Positions 53,518 through 63,483 of a stretch of 64,000 nucleotides of DNA are shown here, piece after piece; position 1 is the stretch's first letter; every line of letters starts with the position of its first letter. The DNA comes from an uncultured Acidimicrobiia bacterium. Lineage in GTDB: Bacteria > Actinomycetota > Acidimicrobiia > Spongiisociales > JAENVV01. The notes below the pieces were generated by a model. It made no database searches. It worked only from the letters and a program-made list of their open reading frames with translations, and was not told the DNA's origin. A program made the translations under genes and the position numbers. The DNA lies in the NCBI GenBank assembly GCA_964600365.1, contig CAZRJG010000002.1, forward strand, positions 36,180 through 100,179, written 5' to 3'.

Positions 53518-54216
53518 TCACGCGTTCCGGCCGAAGAACGACATCGCCCACTCGCTCACGACTGCATCGTCATGGGCCATTGACCCGAGCCGCTCACGGG
53601 CATCTGCCTTGAGGTCGTCGGGGAGTCCCTGACCACGCCGATCGATGAGGAGATCGAAGTAGTGCGGCTGGTACTCGGGGTGGTTCTGGATCGTGAGGAT
53701 GTGGTCGCCGATCCGCATCGCGCCCACATCGACACCCTCGGTTCGGCCGATCACCTCGGCGCCCGGAGGCGGTACCACGACGATGTCACCGTGGAACGCC
53801 GGGATCGTCACCTCGCCGCCGTCCCACCAGTCGGTGGCGTCGAGTTGGTACGTGCCGGGCCCCAACCTGAACTCCGATGACCGGCGCGTCTTCCCGCCGA
53901 GCGCCTCGGTGACGATGTGGTGGCCAAAGCAGACCCCGAGGAGCCGAGCGCGGTGCGCGTGGACGTCACGGACGAAGGAGCGCAGCGCCTCGATCCACGG
54001 CTCGTCGTCATACGCCGAGAAGCCTGATCCGCCGATGATCCAGCCGTCGCACTCGTCGGGTGAGGAGGGGAGCTCCCCACCAATGGCGTCATAGGCGACG
54101 ACCTCTACCGAGGGGTCCGCCTTCCTGAGCATGTCCCGGTACATTCGGTCGTAGTCCCCGTGCTCCTCGAGCAAGTCATCGTCCACGTGCGCGCAGAGGA
54201 GGACACCGAACCTCAT
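53518..54216 (-). CDS. Class I glutamine amidotransferase-like protein (GATase1)
   Basis: Catalytic GVCFGHH cysteine elbow and a downstream HPE; start at an internal Met. Confidence 0.75.
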   Translation of the reverse strand: MRFGVLLCAHVDDDLLEEHGDYDRMYRDMLRKADPSVEVVAYDAIGGELPSSPDECDGWIIGGSGFSAYDDEPWIEALRSFVRDVHAHRARLLGVCFGHHIVTEALGGKTRRSSEFRLGPGTYQLDATDWWDGGEVTIPAFHGDIVVVPPPGAEVIGRTEGVDVGAMRIGDHILTIQNHPEYQPHYFDLLIDRRGQGLPDDLKADARERLGSMAHDDAVVSEWAMSFFGRNA

Positions 54217-54926
54217 CGGAGCGCCTTGACCGCCTCGATGGCGAAACCGACCAGGGTGCGCCGCAAGTTGCGCAACGGGCGGACGAGACCCGAGTTGTCC
54301 CATTCTCCTCCGACGAACGTGTCGGCCACGTAGAGGAGGTATCCAAGGCGCACGCCACGGAACGACGCAATGGCGAACATGCTCGCCGCCTCCATCTCGA
54401 CGGTGACGCACCCCTGTCCGGCGCGCTTCTCGGCCATCGCCCTGGTCTCCCGGAACACCGCATCGGTCGTCCAGGTCCGTCCCCTCGTGAAGGTCACGCC
54501 CCTCGAGCGCAGCACCTCGACGAGGGCCATGGCAACCTCGGGGTCGGGTCGGGCGGGGACGTTCGGGGCGAGGTAGTGGTACGAGGTGCCCTCGTCGCGG
54601 ACCGCCTCCGACGGTACGACCACCGTGCCGGGATTCATCGAGGACGCAAGGCCACCTGCGCTTCCGATCGCGATGATCGTGGTGCACCCGAGGGCGATCA
54701 CCCGCTCGAGGACGATCGCAGAGGCGGGAGCCCCCACGGGCATCTGGGCGACCAGACACGGGTATCCATCGATGTCGACCTCGTGGATCGGCAGCCGGGC
54801 GCCCTCCATGGTCACTTCGTCGACCTTGTGGCCGTCGCGTCCGAGGTCGTCGACGATCTCGCCGAACCACGTCACCACCGCAGTGGTCGGCACGTCCACG
54901 GATGCCGCGAGCGACGCCGGATCCAT
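54213..54926 (-). CDS. Purine/pyrimidine nucleoside phosphorylase family 1 protein
   Basis: PNP_UDP_1 motifs (GSAGGL, VEMEAAS); start at an internal Met. Confidence 0.7.
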   Translation of the reverse strand: MDPASLAASVDVPTTAVVTWFGEIVDDLGRDGHKVDEVTMEGARLPIHEVDIDGYPCLVAQMPVGAPASAIVLERVIALGCTTIIAIGSAGGLASSMNPGTVVVPSEAVRDEGTSYHYLAPNVPARPDPEVAMALVEVLRSRGVTFTRGRTWTTDAVFRETRAMAEKRAGQGCVTVEMEAASMFAIASFRGVRLGYLLYVADTFVGGEWDNSGLVRPLRNLRRTLVGFAIEAVKALR

Positions 54927-55050
54927 GATGGACGAAGGCTCCGGGTCGAAATCGAGGATCGGTGGCTGCACGCCTGCAAGGGTAGATCGTGGACGGGGCC
55001 GGGAGGGGCGTCGTCCTAGGATGCCCGCCGGAGACAGGAGGACCCCACCA

Positions 55051-55617
55051 ATGATCTTCTCGGACCGCTCGATCAAGGAGGCGATTGCCGCCGGGCGCAT
55101 CACCATCGACCCCTACGACGAGTCATACGTCCAACCATCCTCGGTGGACCTCCGCGTCGATCGCTACTTCCGGGTCTTCGAGAACCACAGGTACGCGCAC
55201 ATCGACCCGCGCACCCGCCAGGAGGACCTCACCACCATCGTGGAGGTCCCGCCCGACGAGGCGTTCGTCCTGCACCCCGGCGAGTTCGTGCTCGGATCCA
55301 CGCTCGAGCGGGTTCACCTCGGCAACGACATCGTCGCCCGCCTCGAGGGAAAGTCGAGCCTCGGCCGGCTCGGACTCCTCATCCACTCGACGGCGGGGTT
55401 CGTGGACCCCGGGTTCGACGGGTACCTCACGCTCGAGCTGTCGAACGTCGCAAACCTGCCGATTGCCATCCACCCGGGCATGCGGATCGGCCAAATCAGC
55501 TTCTACCAGATGACCACCGAGGCCGAGCACCCCTACGGGAGCAGCGAGGCGGGTTCGAAGTACCAGGGACAGCGCGGGCCAACGCCATCACGCATCCACA
55601 GGGACTTCGGGAAGTAG
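55051..55617 (+). CDS. dcd: dCTP deaminase
   Basis: [12 protein letters not shown]...IDPYDES...SSVDLR, with the catalytic E in the [12 protein letters not shown] context; SD CAGGAGGA. Confidence 0.9.
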   Translation: MIFSDRSIKEAIAAGRITIDPYDESYVQPSSVDLRVDRYFRVFENHRYAHIDPRTRQEDLTTIVEVPPDEAFVLHPGEFVLGSTLERVHLGNDIVARLEGKSSLGRLGLLIHSTAGFVDPGFDGYLTLELSNVANLPIAIHPGMRIGQISFYQMTTEAEHPYGSSEAGSKYQGQRGPTPSRIHRDFGK

Positions 55618-55791
55618 CCCAGGTTCTCCTCAAGGACCCGATCCGGGCGCCGATACCTAGGGGGACAATCCAGGAGGCGGCGCAGGCTCCAATCCCTCCT
55701 CCGCATGCCCTTGCACTCGAGAGTGCGCCACCTCTAGCTCGGCCCCCGTCTTCCGGGGGCCGAGTGCTGTACGGGGACAACCGGGCCTTCG

Positions 55792-57171
55792 CTAGATCGA
55801 GGTGTCGCGGGCGAGGTCGCCGAATGCCGTGAACGCGGGGGCAAAGCTCATGTAGAGCCGACCCGTGCTCCCGGCGCGATGCTTTGCCACGAGGATCTCA
55901 GCAGTGCCCCGGTCCTCGGACTCGGGGTTGTAGTACTCGTCTCGGTAGATGAACAGGACGATGTCGGAGTCCTGCTCGATCGCCCCCGACTCACGTAGGT
56001 CACCGAGCTGAGGTCGCTTGTCCGTTCGGGCCTCGAGGGCACGATTCAACTGGCTGAGGGCGATGATGGGGACGCGGAGCTCACGAGCGAGGTTCTTGAG
56101 CCCACGACTGATCTCCGCGATCTCCTGCTGGCGGTTCTCGCGGGTTCTCCCCTGCATGAGCTGGAGGTAGTCGATCACCACGAGGTCGAGCCCGTGGCGG
56201 CGCTGGAGCCGACGGCACTTCGCCCGCACGTCGGTGACCGTGAGGTACGAGCTGTCGTCGATGAACATCGGTGCCTGGTCCATCTTCCCCGCCGCCTCGA
56301 GCACGCGCGGCCACTGTTCGGGACCCAGCCGGCCCGAACGGAGCAAGCCGTTGTCGATGCGGGCGGTGGCACAGATGAGCCGCTGGATGATCTCCTCTTG
56401 GCTCATCTCGAGTGAGAAGACCGCCACGGTGCCGTCGTTGAGGGCGATGTTCCGGGCGATGTTCATGGCGAGGGCCGACTTGCCCATTCCCGGGCGGGAG
56501 GCGATCACCATGAAGTTCTCTGGCTGGAGGCCGCTCAGGCGCTCGTCGAGGTCGCGGAACCCGGTGGGGAGCCCCACAAGGCCACCACCCCGGTTGCCGA
56601 ACTCCTCGATCTTCTCGAGGGTCGGGTCGATGAAGGCCGAGATGGGCTGGAGCGTGTCGCCGACGCGACGCTCGGCGACCCGGAAGACCGCCTGCTCCGC
56701 CTCGTCGATGACCCAGTCGATGTCCTGGTCGGTCGAGGTGGCGAGCTGCCCGATCTCGCCTCCTGCGGTGAGGAGGCGACGACGCACCGACTCCTCGGAG
56801 ACGATGCCGGCGTAGTACTCGACGTTGGCCGCGGTCGGCACTGCGGTCGACAGCGTGGTCAGGAAGCCGAGGCCGCCGACCCGCTCGAGCTCGCCCTTGC
56901 GACGAAGGATGTCCGAGACGGTGATGGCGTCCACCGGCTGACCGCCGTTGTAGAGGTCGTGGATCGCCTCGAAGACCGCCTGGTGGGCCGGAACGTAGAA
57001 GTCCTCGCTCCGGAGTGCCTCCATGCCGACGTTGATCGCATCGACCGAGAGCAGCATCGCGCCGAGGACGGACTCCTCGGCATCGCGATTGTGGGGCGGA
57101 ACGCGCAACCCGCCCGACGCCCGCGGCGGCCCAGCAGGTGGGCCGTCGAAGTCGCCGGGCGGGTACGACAC
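55792..57171 (-). CDS. dnaB: Replicative DNA helicase (no intein)
   Basis: N-terminal PHNRDAEESVLGAML, Walker A ASRPGMGKSA, Walker B DLVVIDYLQLM, arginine finger. Confidence 0.9.
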   Translation of the reverse strand: MSYPPGDFDGPPAGPPRASGGLRVPPHNRDAEESVLGAMLLSVDAINVGMEALRSEDFYVPAHQAVFEAIHDLYNGGQPVDAITVSDILRRKGELERVGGLGFLTTLSTAVPTAANVEYYAGIVSEESVRRRLLTAGGEIGQLATSTDQDIDWVIDEAEQAVFRVAERRVGDTLQPISAFIDPTLEKIEEFGNRGGGLVGLPTGFRDLDERLSGLQPENFMVIASRPGMGKSALAMNIARNIALNDGTVAVFSLEMSQEEIIQRLICATARIDNGLLRSGRLGPEQWPRVLEAAGKMDQAPMFIDDSSYLTVTDVRAKCRRLQRRHGLDLVVIDYLQLMQGRTRENRQQEIAEISRGLKNLARELRVPIIALSQLNRALEARTDKRPQLGDLRESGAIEQDSDIVLFIYRDEYYNPESEDRGTAEILVAKHRAGSTGRLYMSFAPAFTAFGDLARDTSI

Positions 57172-57186
57172 GTCCTGTTGGTCCGG

Positions 57187-57636
57187 CTAGGCCGGGATGA
57201 CGTCGATGGTGAGGGGGAACTGCACCTCGGCGTGGAGCACGACCTGGACCTCGTGGAGGCCGATGCTCTTGATCGGGCTCTCGAGGCGCACGGTCTTGCG
57301 ATCGAGCTTCACACCGGTGAACTTCTCGATCCCCTCCACGACGTCGGCCACGCCGACGGAACCGAAGAGGCGACCCTCGTCGCCGGCCTGGGCCGCAAGC
57401 ACCACTCGGGTGCCGACGAGGGACTTGGCGACACTCTCGGCGTCGGATTTCGCCTTCCGCTTGGCCTCGATGCGGGCCTGCACGCGGCGCTCTGCGTCCT
57501 CGAGGGCGCCTTCGGTCGCCTTGACCGCAAGTCGCTTGGGGAGCAGGTAGTTCCGGGCGTATCCGTCTGCCACATCGACGACGTCACCCTCCTCACCGAG
57601 TTCGGCGACATCCGAGATCAGGATGAGCTTCATCAT
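57187..57636 (-). CDS. rplI: 50S ribosomal protein L9
   Basis: MKLILISDV...G..G(D/E)[12 protein letters not shown]. Confidence 0.9.
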   Translation of the reverse strand: MMKLILISDVAELGEEGDVVDVADGYARNYLLPKRLAVKATEGALEDAERRVQARIEAKRKAKSDAESVAKSLVGTRVVLAAQAGDEGRLFGSVGVADVVEGIEKFTGVKLDRKTVRLESPIKSIGLHEVQVVLHAEVQFPLTIDVIPA

Positions 57637-57893
57637 CGGGCGATGTAGGGCAGAAGGGCCATCTCACGGGCGTTCTTCACCGCACCGGCGAGCTTGCGTT
57701 GGCATTGCTCGCAGGCACCGGTGACGCGACGCGCCCGGATCTTGCCTCGGTCTGAGATGTACTTCCTGAGGACTGCGGTGTCCTTGTAGTCGATGGACGC
57801 TGCAGGTTTCCCGTCCACGCAGAACGGGCAGGGCTTCTTCTTGTAGCGCCGATTGTCGGGGCGACGCCGGCGCGGCTTTCGTGACTGTGCCAT
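57633..57893 (-). CDS. rpsR: 30S ribosomal protein S18
   Basis: KKPCPFC...IDYKD...[11 protein letters not shown]. Confidence 0.9.
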   Translation of the reverse strand: MAQSRKPRRRRPDNRRYKKKPCPFCVDGKPAASIDYKDTAVLRKYISDRGKIRARRVTGACEQCQRKLAGAVKNAREMALLPYIAR

Positions 57894-57905
57894 TGGTGAT
57901 ATCTC

Positions 57906-58355
57906 CTAGAACGGTGCTTCGTCGGGACCGAAGTCATCCCGAGCGACCGGTGCGGCGGGGGTCTGCGACGTGCTGTCGCCCCACGAGCCGCTTCCACTGC
58001 GGGCGATGCGGTTGACCTGGGCGGTGGCCCAACGAAGGCTCGGGCCGATCTCGTCGACGACGAGATCGAGGCTGGACCGCTTCTGGCCCTGGTTGTCCTC
58101 CCACTCGTTGGTCTGGAGGCGCCCGGTGACGATGACGCGGTCGCCCTTGTGGAGCGATTCGGCGATCTGCTCGGCCATCTCCCGCCACACGGTGCCGCGG
58201 AACCAGGTCGTCTCCTCTTGCCAGTCATCGCTGTTGCGGGCGCGGTAGCGCCGATTCGCAGCAATTCGCACGTTCGCCATGGCGATGCCGGACTGGGTGT
58301 AGCGGAGCTCGGGGTCCTCAACGAGGTTGCCGACGACGGTGATGTTGTTGCTCAT
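57906..58355 (-). CDS. ssb: Single-stranded DNA-binding protein
   Basis: OB-fold N-domain ([16 protein letters not shown]...A.VRIA) and an acidic C-tail ([10 protein letters not shown]). Confidence 0.9.
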   Translation of the reverse strand: MSNNITVVGNLVEDPELRYTQSGIAMANVRIAANRRYRARNSDDWQEETTWFRGTVWREMAEQIAESLHKGDRVIVTGRLQTNEWEDNQGQKRSSLDLVVDEIGPSLRWATAQVNRIARSGSGSWGDSTSQTPAAPVARDDFGPDEAPF

Positions 58356-58418
58356 GCGGTCCCTTCTTCGATGTGGTTCGTCGTCCCATTCCTACCGAAT
58401 GAGTGTGACGCGAACCAC

Positions 58419-58718
58419 CTACTGCTCGTCGGTCCTGATGATCTTGTGGCGAACCACGGCGTCGGAGAGTCCCAACGCGCGATCGAGGTCCTCGACGGGC
58501 GCGAGTACCTCCGTCTCGAACGAGACGACCGAGTAGTAGCCCTCGGTGATGTGGTTGATCTCGTAGGCGAAGCGACGCTTCCCCCAGAAGTCGGAATCCC
58601 CGACGGTGGCCCCACGGGCAGCGAGCAGGGCCTCGATCTCGGAGACCCGGGACCTCGCATCGTCCTCGCTCATCTCGGGACGATGGATCGTCATGATTTC
58701 ATACGTGCGCAATGGCAT
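58419..58718 (-). CDS. rpsF: 30S ribosomal protein S6
   Basis: [14 protein letters not shown]...; GGAGG SD upstream. The coordinate may be off by 1 nt. Confidence 0.9.
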   Translation of the reverse strand: MPLRTYEIMTIHRPEMSEDDARSRVSEIEALLAARGATVGDSDFWGKRRFAYEINHITEGYYSVVSFETEVLAPVEDLDRALGLSDAVVRHKIIRTDEQ

Positions 58719-58898
58719 CGACCTCCTTCGGACATCCGCCGTGCGGATGGCCCCATCAATGGGGCAGGGGTTCGGATAGTGACTTCCCGGCATCGCCGGG
58801 CCCGCGAGGGTAACCGGCCGGGAACGGCTACCCGCGGTCGGGCACGGGGTGGCTTTCGCGACCACGGGGTGCCGACGCGCCGCTCCTATCCTCGCCGC

Positions 58899-59660
58899 AT
58901 GGAGATTGGAGCCCACGTCCCCTCGGCAGACCCACTCGGCGAAGCCGCCCAACGCAACGCCGACATCGTCCAGGTCTTCCTCTCGAACCCGCAGCAGTGG
59001 AAGGCGCCCAGGGAAAGGGATGACGCAGCAGCGTTGGCGGGTGCCGACGTCGACATCTACGTCCACGCCCCCTACCTCATCAACGTGGTCTCCCCGAACA
59101 ACCGCGTCCGCATCCCCTCGCGAAAGTCGCTCCAGCAGACCTGTGAGGCAGCAGCCTCGGTCGGCGCCCGCGCCGTGGTGGTCCACGGTGGCCACCTCAC
59201 CGATGCCTCCGAGCCACTCGAGGTGGGCTTCGAACGGTGGCGAAAGGCACTCGAGTCGCTGGACACCGACGTGCCCGTCCTCATCGAGAACACCGCTGGG
59301 GGCGACCGCGCGATGGCAAGGCGGCTCGACGTCCTCGCACTGCTCTGGGACGAGATCGGTGATCTCTCCCCGGGCTTCTGCCTCGACACCTGCCATGCAT
59401 GGGCCGGGGGCGAGCCACTCGACGAGGTGGTCGAGCGCACCATCACCATCACGGGTTCGATCGACCTCGTGCACTTCAACGACTCCCGGGACGCGTTCGA
59501 TTCACGTCGCGACCGACACGCCAATCTCGGCGACGGCGAGATCCCCGAGGACCAGTTGGTGAGCGTGCTCCGGACGGCCAACGCCCCGATCGTCGTCGAG
59601 ACCCCGGGCGGCGGCGAGGAGCAGGCGGCCGACATCGCATGGCTCCGCGAGCGCCTCTGA
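58899..59660 (+). CDS. nfo: Deoxyribonuclease IV / endonuclease IV family (AP endonuclease 2, TIM barrel)
   Basis: Metal-binding H/D/E pattern ([34 protein letters not shown]). Confidence 0.8.
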   Translation: MEIGAHVPSADPLGEAAQRNADIVQVFLSNPQQWKAPRERDDAAALAGADVDIYVHAPYLINVVSPNNRVRIPSRKSLQQTCEAAASVGARAVVVHGGHLTDASEPLEVGFERWRKALESLDTDVPVLIENTAGGDRAMARRLDVLALLWDEIGDLSPGFCLDTCHAWAGGEPLDEVVERTITITGSIDLVHFNDSRDAFDSRRDRHANLGDGEIPEDQLVSVLRTANAPIVVETPGGGEEQAADIAWLRERL

Positions 59661-60328
59661 ACCGCACCCGCTCCTCGTTCCTGCGAGGCCTGCGAGACGC
59701 CGCTCCGATCTTCGTGGCCGTCGGGGCATTCGGCATGGTGTTCGGCCTGCTCACCGCACAGTTGGAGGGTCCGCCGTGGCTCCCATTCACGATGAGCGCG
59801 ATCGTCATCTCGGGGGCGGCGCAGTTCGCGATGGTTGCGCTGTGGGGTGCCGGGACACTCCCCATCCTCATCGCTGTGCTCGGCCTCTCACTCCGGCACC
59901 TCCCCATGGCAGTGCGACTGTCGGGCCTCATCGGGGAACGACCCCTCCTCACCCGACTCGGACTCTCCTACGTGCTCACCGACGAAACCTTCGGTCTCAC
60001 CCTCGCGGCCGCAGAGCGGGACGATGTCGACCTCGTCGCCTACAAAACCGCGGCCGACCTCATGCTGTGGGTGTCTTGGATCGGGGGCACCCTGCTCGGC
60101 GCAGGCGCAGGGGCCACCATCGACCCGGGAGCCATCGGTGCCGACGTCCTCTTCGCCGTGCTGTTCCTGTCGCTTGGGGTTCCCCTCATCCGCTCCCGAC
60201 GCGATATGGGAGCCGCCTCTGCGGCAGCGGTGTGCGCACTCATCGCCATCCCGGTCCTCCCCGACGCATGGGAGATAACCGGAGCGGCCTTCACCGCCGC
60301 GGCCGTGGGGACGGTGTGGCGTGGATGA
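59639..60328 (+). CDS. azlC: AzlC family branched-chain amino acid exporter permease
   Basis: [24 protein letters not shown]-terminal motif and 5-6 TM helices. The start ATG is 22 nt inside the nfo 3' end. Confidence 0.7.
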   Translation: MAPRAPLNRTRSSFLRGLRDAAPIFVAVGAFGMVFGLLTAQLEGPPWLPFTMSAIVISGAAQFAMVALWGAGTLPILIAVLGLSLRHLPMAVRLSGLIGERPLLTRLGLSYVLTDETFGLTLAAAERDDVDLVAYKTAADLMLWVSWIGGTLLGAGAGATIDPGAIGADVLFAVLFLSLGVPLIRSRRDMGAASAAAVCALIAIPVLPDAWEITGAAFTAAAVGTVWRG

Positions 60329-60629
60329 ACTCATCCTCGTCGGCCTCGCCGGGGCGATCACGTTCGGAAGTCGGGCCACGTTCATGGTGCGGCCCCCACG
60401 TCGGCTCCCGGAACCGGTGCGCCGATTCCTCGACGTCTTCCCCCTCGCCCTCTTCATCGCCCTCGCGGTGCAGGGCCTCGCCAAGCCAACTCTCGTCGAC
60501 GGCGCCTCGCCGATCCCCGCCGCCTTCGCAGCCGCAGGTGCCCTGGTCGCCGGCCGACGCACCGGGAACTCGCTGCTGTGGATGCTCGCCGGGGGAGCCG
60601 CAGGATACGTGGCGGGGAGCCTCCTGTGA
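60321..60629 (+). CDS. azlD: AzlD family protein (partner of AzlC)
   Basis: About 100-aa, 3-TM protein; GTG start overlapping the azlC stop. Confidence 0.65.
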   Translation: MDELILVGLAGAITFGSRATFMVRPPRRLPEPVRRFLDVFPLALFIALAVQGLAKPTLVDGASPIPAAFAAAGALVAGRRTGNSLLWMLAGGAAGYVAGSLL

Positions 60630-61117
60630 GGTGGCTCGTGCTGGGGACAGTGCTGCTGACCGCATGCACGGCGGCCACGCCTGCGACGACCACCGCTCCC
60701 CCGGCATCGTCGTCCACACCCACGACGGCAGCCGTCGGGCTCGTCGTGCCCGACCAACTCGGCGCCTTTCCGATCGGACTCGTCGTGCTCGCGGGCGAGT
60801 CGGTGCCCGTGGCCGTTGCCGACACGCAGCCGCGCCGGAACCAGGGCCTCCGCGAGGTCACTGACCTCGGGGACCTCGGAGGCATGCTCTTCGTGTTCGA
60901 CGGCCCCGTTCGCTCCTCGTTCACCATGCGCGACACCCGCATCCCCCTCGACCTCCACCACCTCGACGCCGACGGAACGGTCCTCGAGATCATCTCGATG
61001 GAGCCGTGCGACGGGCCGTCGTGCACCTTCCCGGCCTCCGTCGACTTCTCCTACTCGTTGGAGACCCCGGCGGGTGCCTTCGACCTCTCCGTGGGGGACA
61101 CGGTCGGACTTCCATGA
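60626..61117 (+). CDS. DUF192 domain lipoprotein
   Basis: Lipobox LLTAC, Thr/Pro-rich linker, DUF192-like core (AVADTQPRRNQGL...LGGMLFVF...LDLHHLDADGTVL); GTG start overlaps the azlD stop. Confidence 0.6.
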   Translation: MRWLVLGTVLLTACTAATPATTTAPPASSSTPTTAAVGLVVPDQLGAFPIGLVVLAGESVPVAVADTQPRRNQGLREVTDLGDLGGMLFVFDGPVRSSFTMRDTRIPLDLHHLDADGTVLEIISMEPCDGPSCTFPASVDFSYSLETPAGAFDLSVGDTVGLP

Positions 61118-62022
61118 GGGTGCGTAGCCTCGACCGCATGGAGCTTCCATTCGGGCAGGTCGTCGATCTCATCTCCGAGGCGGTCATCGTCGCCAAGGCC
61201 GCACCCCTCGACCAGCCCGGCCCGGAGGTCGTGTACGTGAATTCCGCGTGGCAGGCCCTCACGGGGTATCGCGCCGAGGACATCGTCGGCTCGGTGCCCG
61301 ACATCGAGCATGGCCTGTGGTCGGACTCGGAGATGCGCGAGCGGATCCAGGATGCCTTCGTGCACGGAAGGCCATACCAGTGCACACTCAAGAACACCCA
61401 CGCCGATGGGAGCAAGTACTGGGTGGAGATCACCGTCACCTCCCTCGATACCGACAGCGATGCGTGCTACTTCGTTGCCCTCGAGCGCGACATCACCGAT
61501 GAGGTCGAACTCAAGGCGGCGGCGCACCGGCTCGCCTCCACCGACCCGATCACGGGCGTGCTCTCCAGGAAGGCCTGGCTCGCGGAGCTCGAGCGCGCCC
61601 TGGCGCTCCGGAAGCGGTACGAGCGGCCGTGGAGCGTCGTGCTCGTCGACCTCGACGGCCTCTCCGAGTTCCGGGCGCACCACGAGATCGGGGCAACGAC
61701 CCGCGTGATCCAATCCCTCGCCGAACGCATCCGCCCCATCGCCCGGGAACAGGACGTGATAGGCCGCTTCGGGCACGACGACTTCGCCATCCTCCTGCCG
61801 GAGACAGACGGCGAGGCGGCACACCTCGTCGCTGAACGCGTCCGGCGGTCAGTCGAGCGGGTTCCCATCGATGTGGACGGCGAACCGCACCACTTCACCG
61901 CGAGTGTCGGACTGGTCGAACCGTCCGGGGAGCACACGATCGCCGACGCCGTCGCCCGGTTCGAGGCTTCCCTCGCCGAGGCGAGGGACCGCGGCGGCAA
62001 CACGGTCGTGTCGGGCCGATGA
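61114..62022 (+). CDS. PAS domain protein with a degenerate GGDEF domain (A-site RFGHDDF instead of R(Y/F)GGEEF)
   Basis: N-terminal PAS (VYVNSAWQALTGYRAEDIVG). GGDEF fold (SVVLVDLDGLSEFRAHHEIGATTRV...DVIGRFGHDDFAILLPET...ASVGLVE) with a non-canonical signature. Confidence 0.7.
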   Translation: MRVRSLDRMELPFGQVVDLISEAVIVAKAAPLDQPGPEVVYVNSAWQALTGYRAEDIVGSVPDIEHGLWSDSEMRERIQDAFVHGRPYQCTLKNTHADGSKYWVEITVTSLDTDSDACYFVALERDITDEVELKAAAHRLASTDPITGVLSRKAWLAELERALALRKRYERPWSVVLVDLDGLSEFRAHHEIGATTRVIQSLAERIRPIAREQDVIGRFGHDDFAILLPETDGEAAHLVAERVRRSVERVPIDVDGEPHHFTASVGLVEPSGEHTIADAVARFEASLAEARDRGGNTVVSGR

Positions 62023-62702
62023 GGCTCGTCATCATCCGCCACGCCGAACCTGCGTGGGCACCCGGAGGTCGCGCGACGACGGTGCCCGACCTTTCCGACC
62101 TCGGCCGCCGGCAGGCCAGGCGCCTCCCCGACCATCCCCTCATCGGGGACCGCATCACCGACCTTTGGGTCTCCCCGATGCCACGGGCACAGCAGACCGC
62201 CGTACCGGTCGCTGCCCACCTGGGACTGGATCCGACCACGCACGACTTCCTCGCCGAGATCGGAAGCCCGCCCGAATGGGAGGGGCAACCCCAGGAGTAC
62301 ATCGACCAGGTGTTCCGCGACCTCATCGGCCGGCCGCTCGACGGGTGGTGGGAGGGATTCCCCGGCGGCGAGTCATTCCGCGACTTCCATCGCCGTGTCC
62401 ATGACGGGTTCGAGCACGCCCTCGGGGGGATCGGCGTCCGCCGCTCGTCACTCCATCCCGAGCTGTGGGAGGAGGAACTCCCCGACCGCACGATCTGCAT
62501 CGTGGCCCACCAAGGGACGAACGCCCTGCTCCTCGGACTCCTCCTCGACCTCGAGGTGGTGCCGTGGGAGTGGGAGCGGTTCGCTTGCGCCCACGCGTCG
62601 GTCTCCCTCGTCTCGACCGCCCAGGTCGGGCGGGCTCGGGCATTCAGCCTGCGGGCCTTCAGTGATGTGCGACACCTCCCGGTGGGGATGATCACGCGCT
62701 GA
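62019..62702 (+). CDS. Histidine phosphatase family protein (phosphoglycerate mutase-like)
   Basis: RHAEP catalytic motif and a second His in the IVAHQG context. Confidence 0.75.
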   Translation: MRLVIIRHAEPAWAPGGRATTVPDLSDLGRRQARRLPDHPLIGDRITDLWVSPMPRAQQTAVPVAAHLGLDPTTHDFLAEIGSPPEWEGQPQEYIDQVFRDLIGRPLDGWWEGFPGGESFRDFHRRVHDGFEHALGGIGVRRSSLHPELWEEELPDRTICIVAHQGTNALLLGLLLDLEVVPWEWERFACAHASVSLVSTAQVGRARAFSLRAFSDVRHLPVGMITR

Positions 62703-62931
62703 TCGCGCAGGAGCCCCGAGAGACGCTTCCGCCTGTCGGGGCTCCACCGGCCTCGGTATCCGGTCATGCGCTGCTCCGTCGTGGTCTGGCTCGCGCCTAC
62801 GTTTCCGGGAGGCAGACATCCATCTTCGCGCAGAGAGTGGTTGCGGTGCCACCCCCTCTTTCGCGCAGATTTCGCGATCTTCGACACGCCCCGTCAGGGC
62901 GAACCCTTCCGGCCCGTTTACCCTCTGCCCG

Positions 62932-63483
62932 ATGCCCGATCCCCGCACGGCGCTCCTCGCACACCTCACCGAGCACGCCCTCCGCACCGACGGTCCGTTC
63001 ACCCTGCGGTCAGGCGCCATTGCCGACTGGTACATGGACGCCCGCCAGACCACGTTCGACGGCGAGGGAGCACGACTCGTTGGCGAGGCAGTGGCCTCCG
63101 TCCTCGACGATCGCGTGGTCGCTGTCGGCGGACTCACCATGGGAGCCGACCCGATCGCCGTCGCCACGGCGATCGCTGCCAGCGCATCGGGGCGGGACCT
63201 CACTGCGTTCTCGATCCGCAAGGAGGCCAAGGACCACGGCATGGGAGGGCGACTCGTCGGGCCCGCCCGTCGCGGGGATGCGGTGTGCCTGCTGGAGGAC
63301 ACGACGACCACAGGGGGCGCGTTCTTCGAGGCGTACGAGGCCGCGCAGGACGCAGGACTCGAGGTCATCCAGGCGATCTGCCTGTTCGACCGCTCCGGCG
63401 ACATCGTGACCGACCGCATGGCAGAGGCAGGGATCCCCTATCGCGCCCTCGTGGTCCCCGAAGACCTCGGGGTGTCATTGTGA
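62932..63483 (+). CDS. pyrE: Orotate phosphoribosyltransferase
   Basis: PRPP-binding motif VCLLEDTTTTGG; 183 aa. Confidence 0.85.
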   Translation: MPDPRTALLAHLTEHALRTDGPFTLRSGAIADWYMDARQTTFDGEGARLVGEAVASVLDDRVVAVGGLTMGADPIAVATAIAASASGRDLTAFSIRKEAKDHGMGGRLVGPARRGDAVCLLEDTTTTGGAFFEAYEAAQDAGLEVIQAICLFDRSGDIVTDRMAEAGIPYRALVVPEDLGVSL

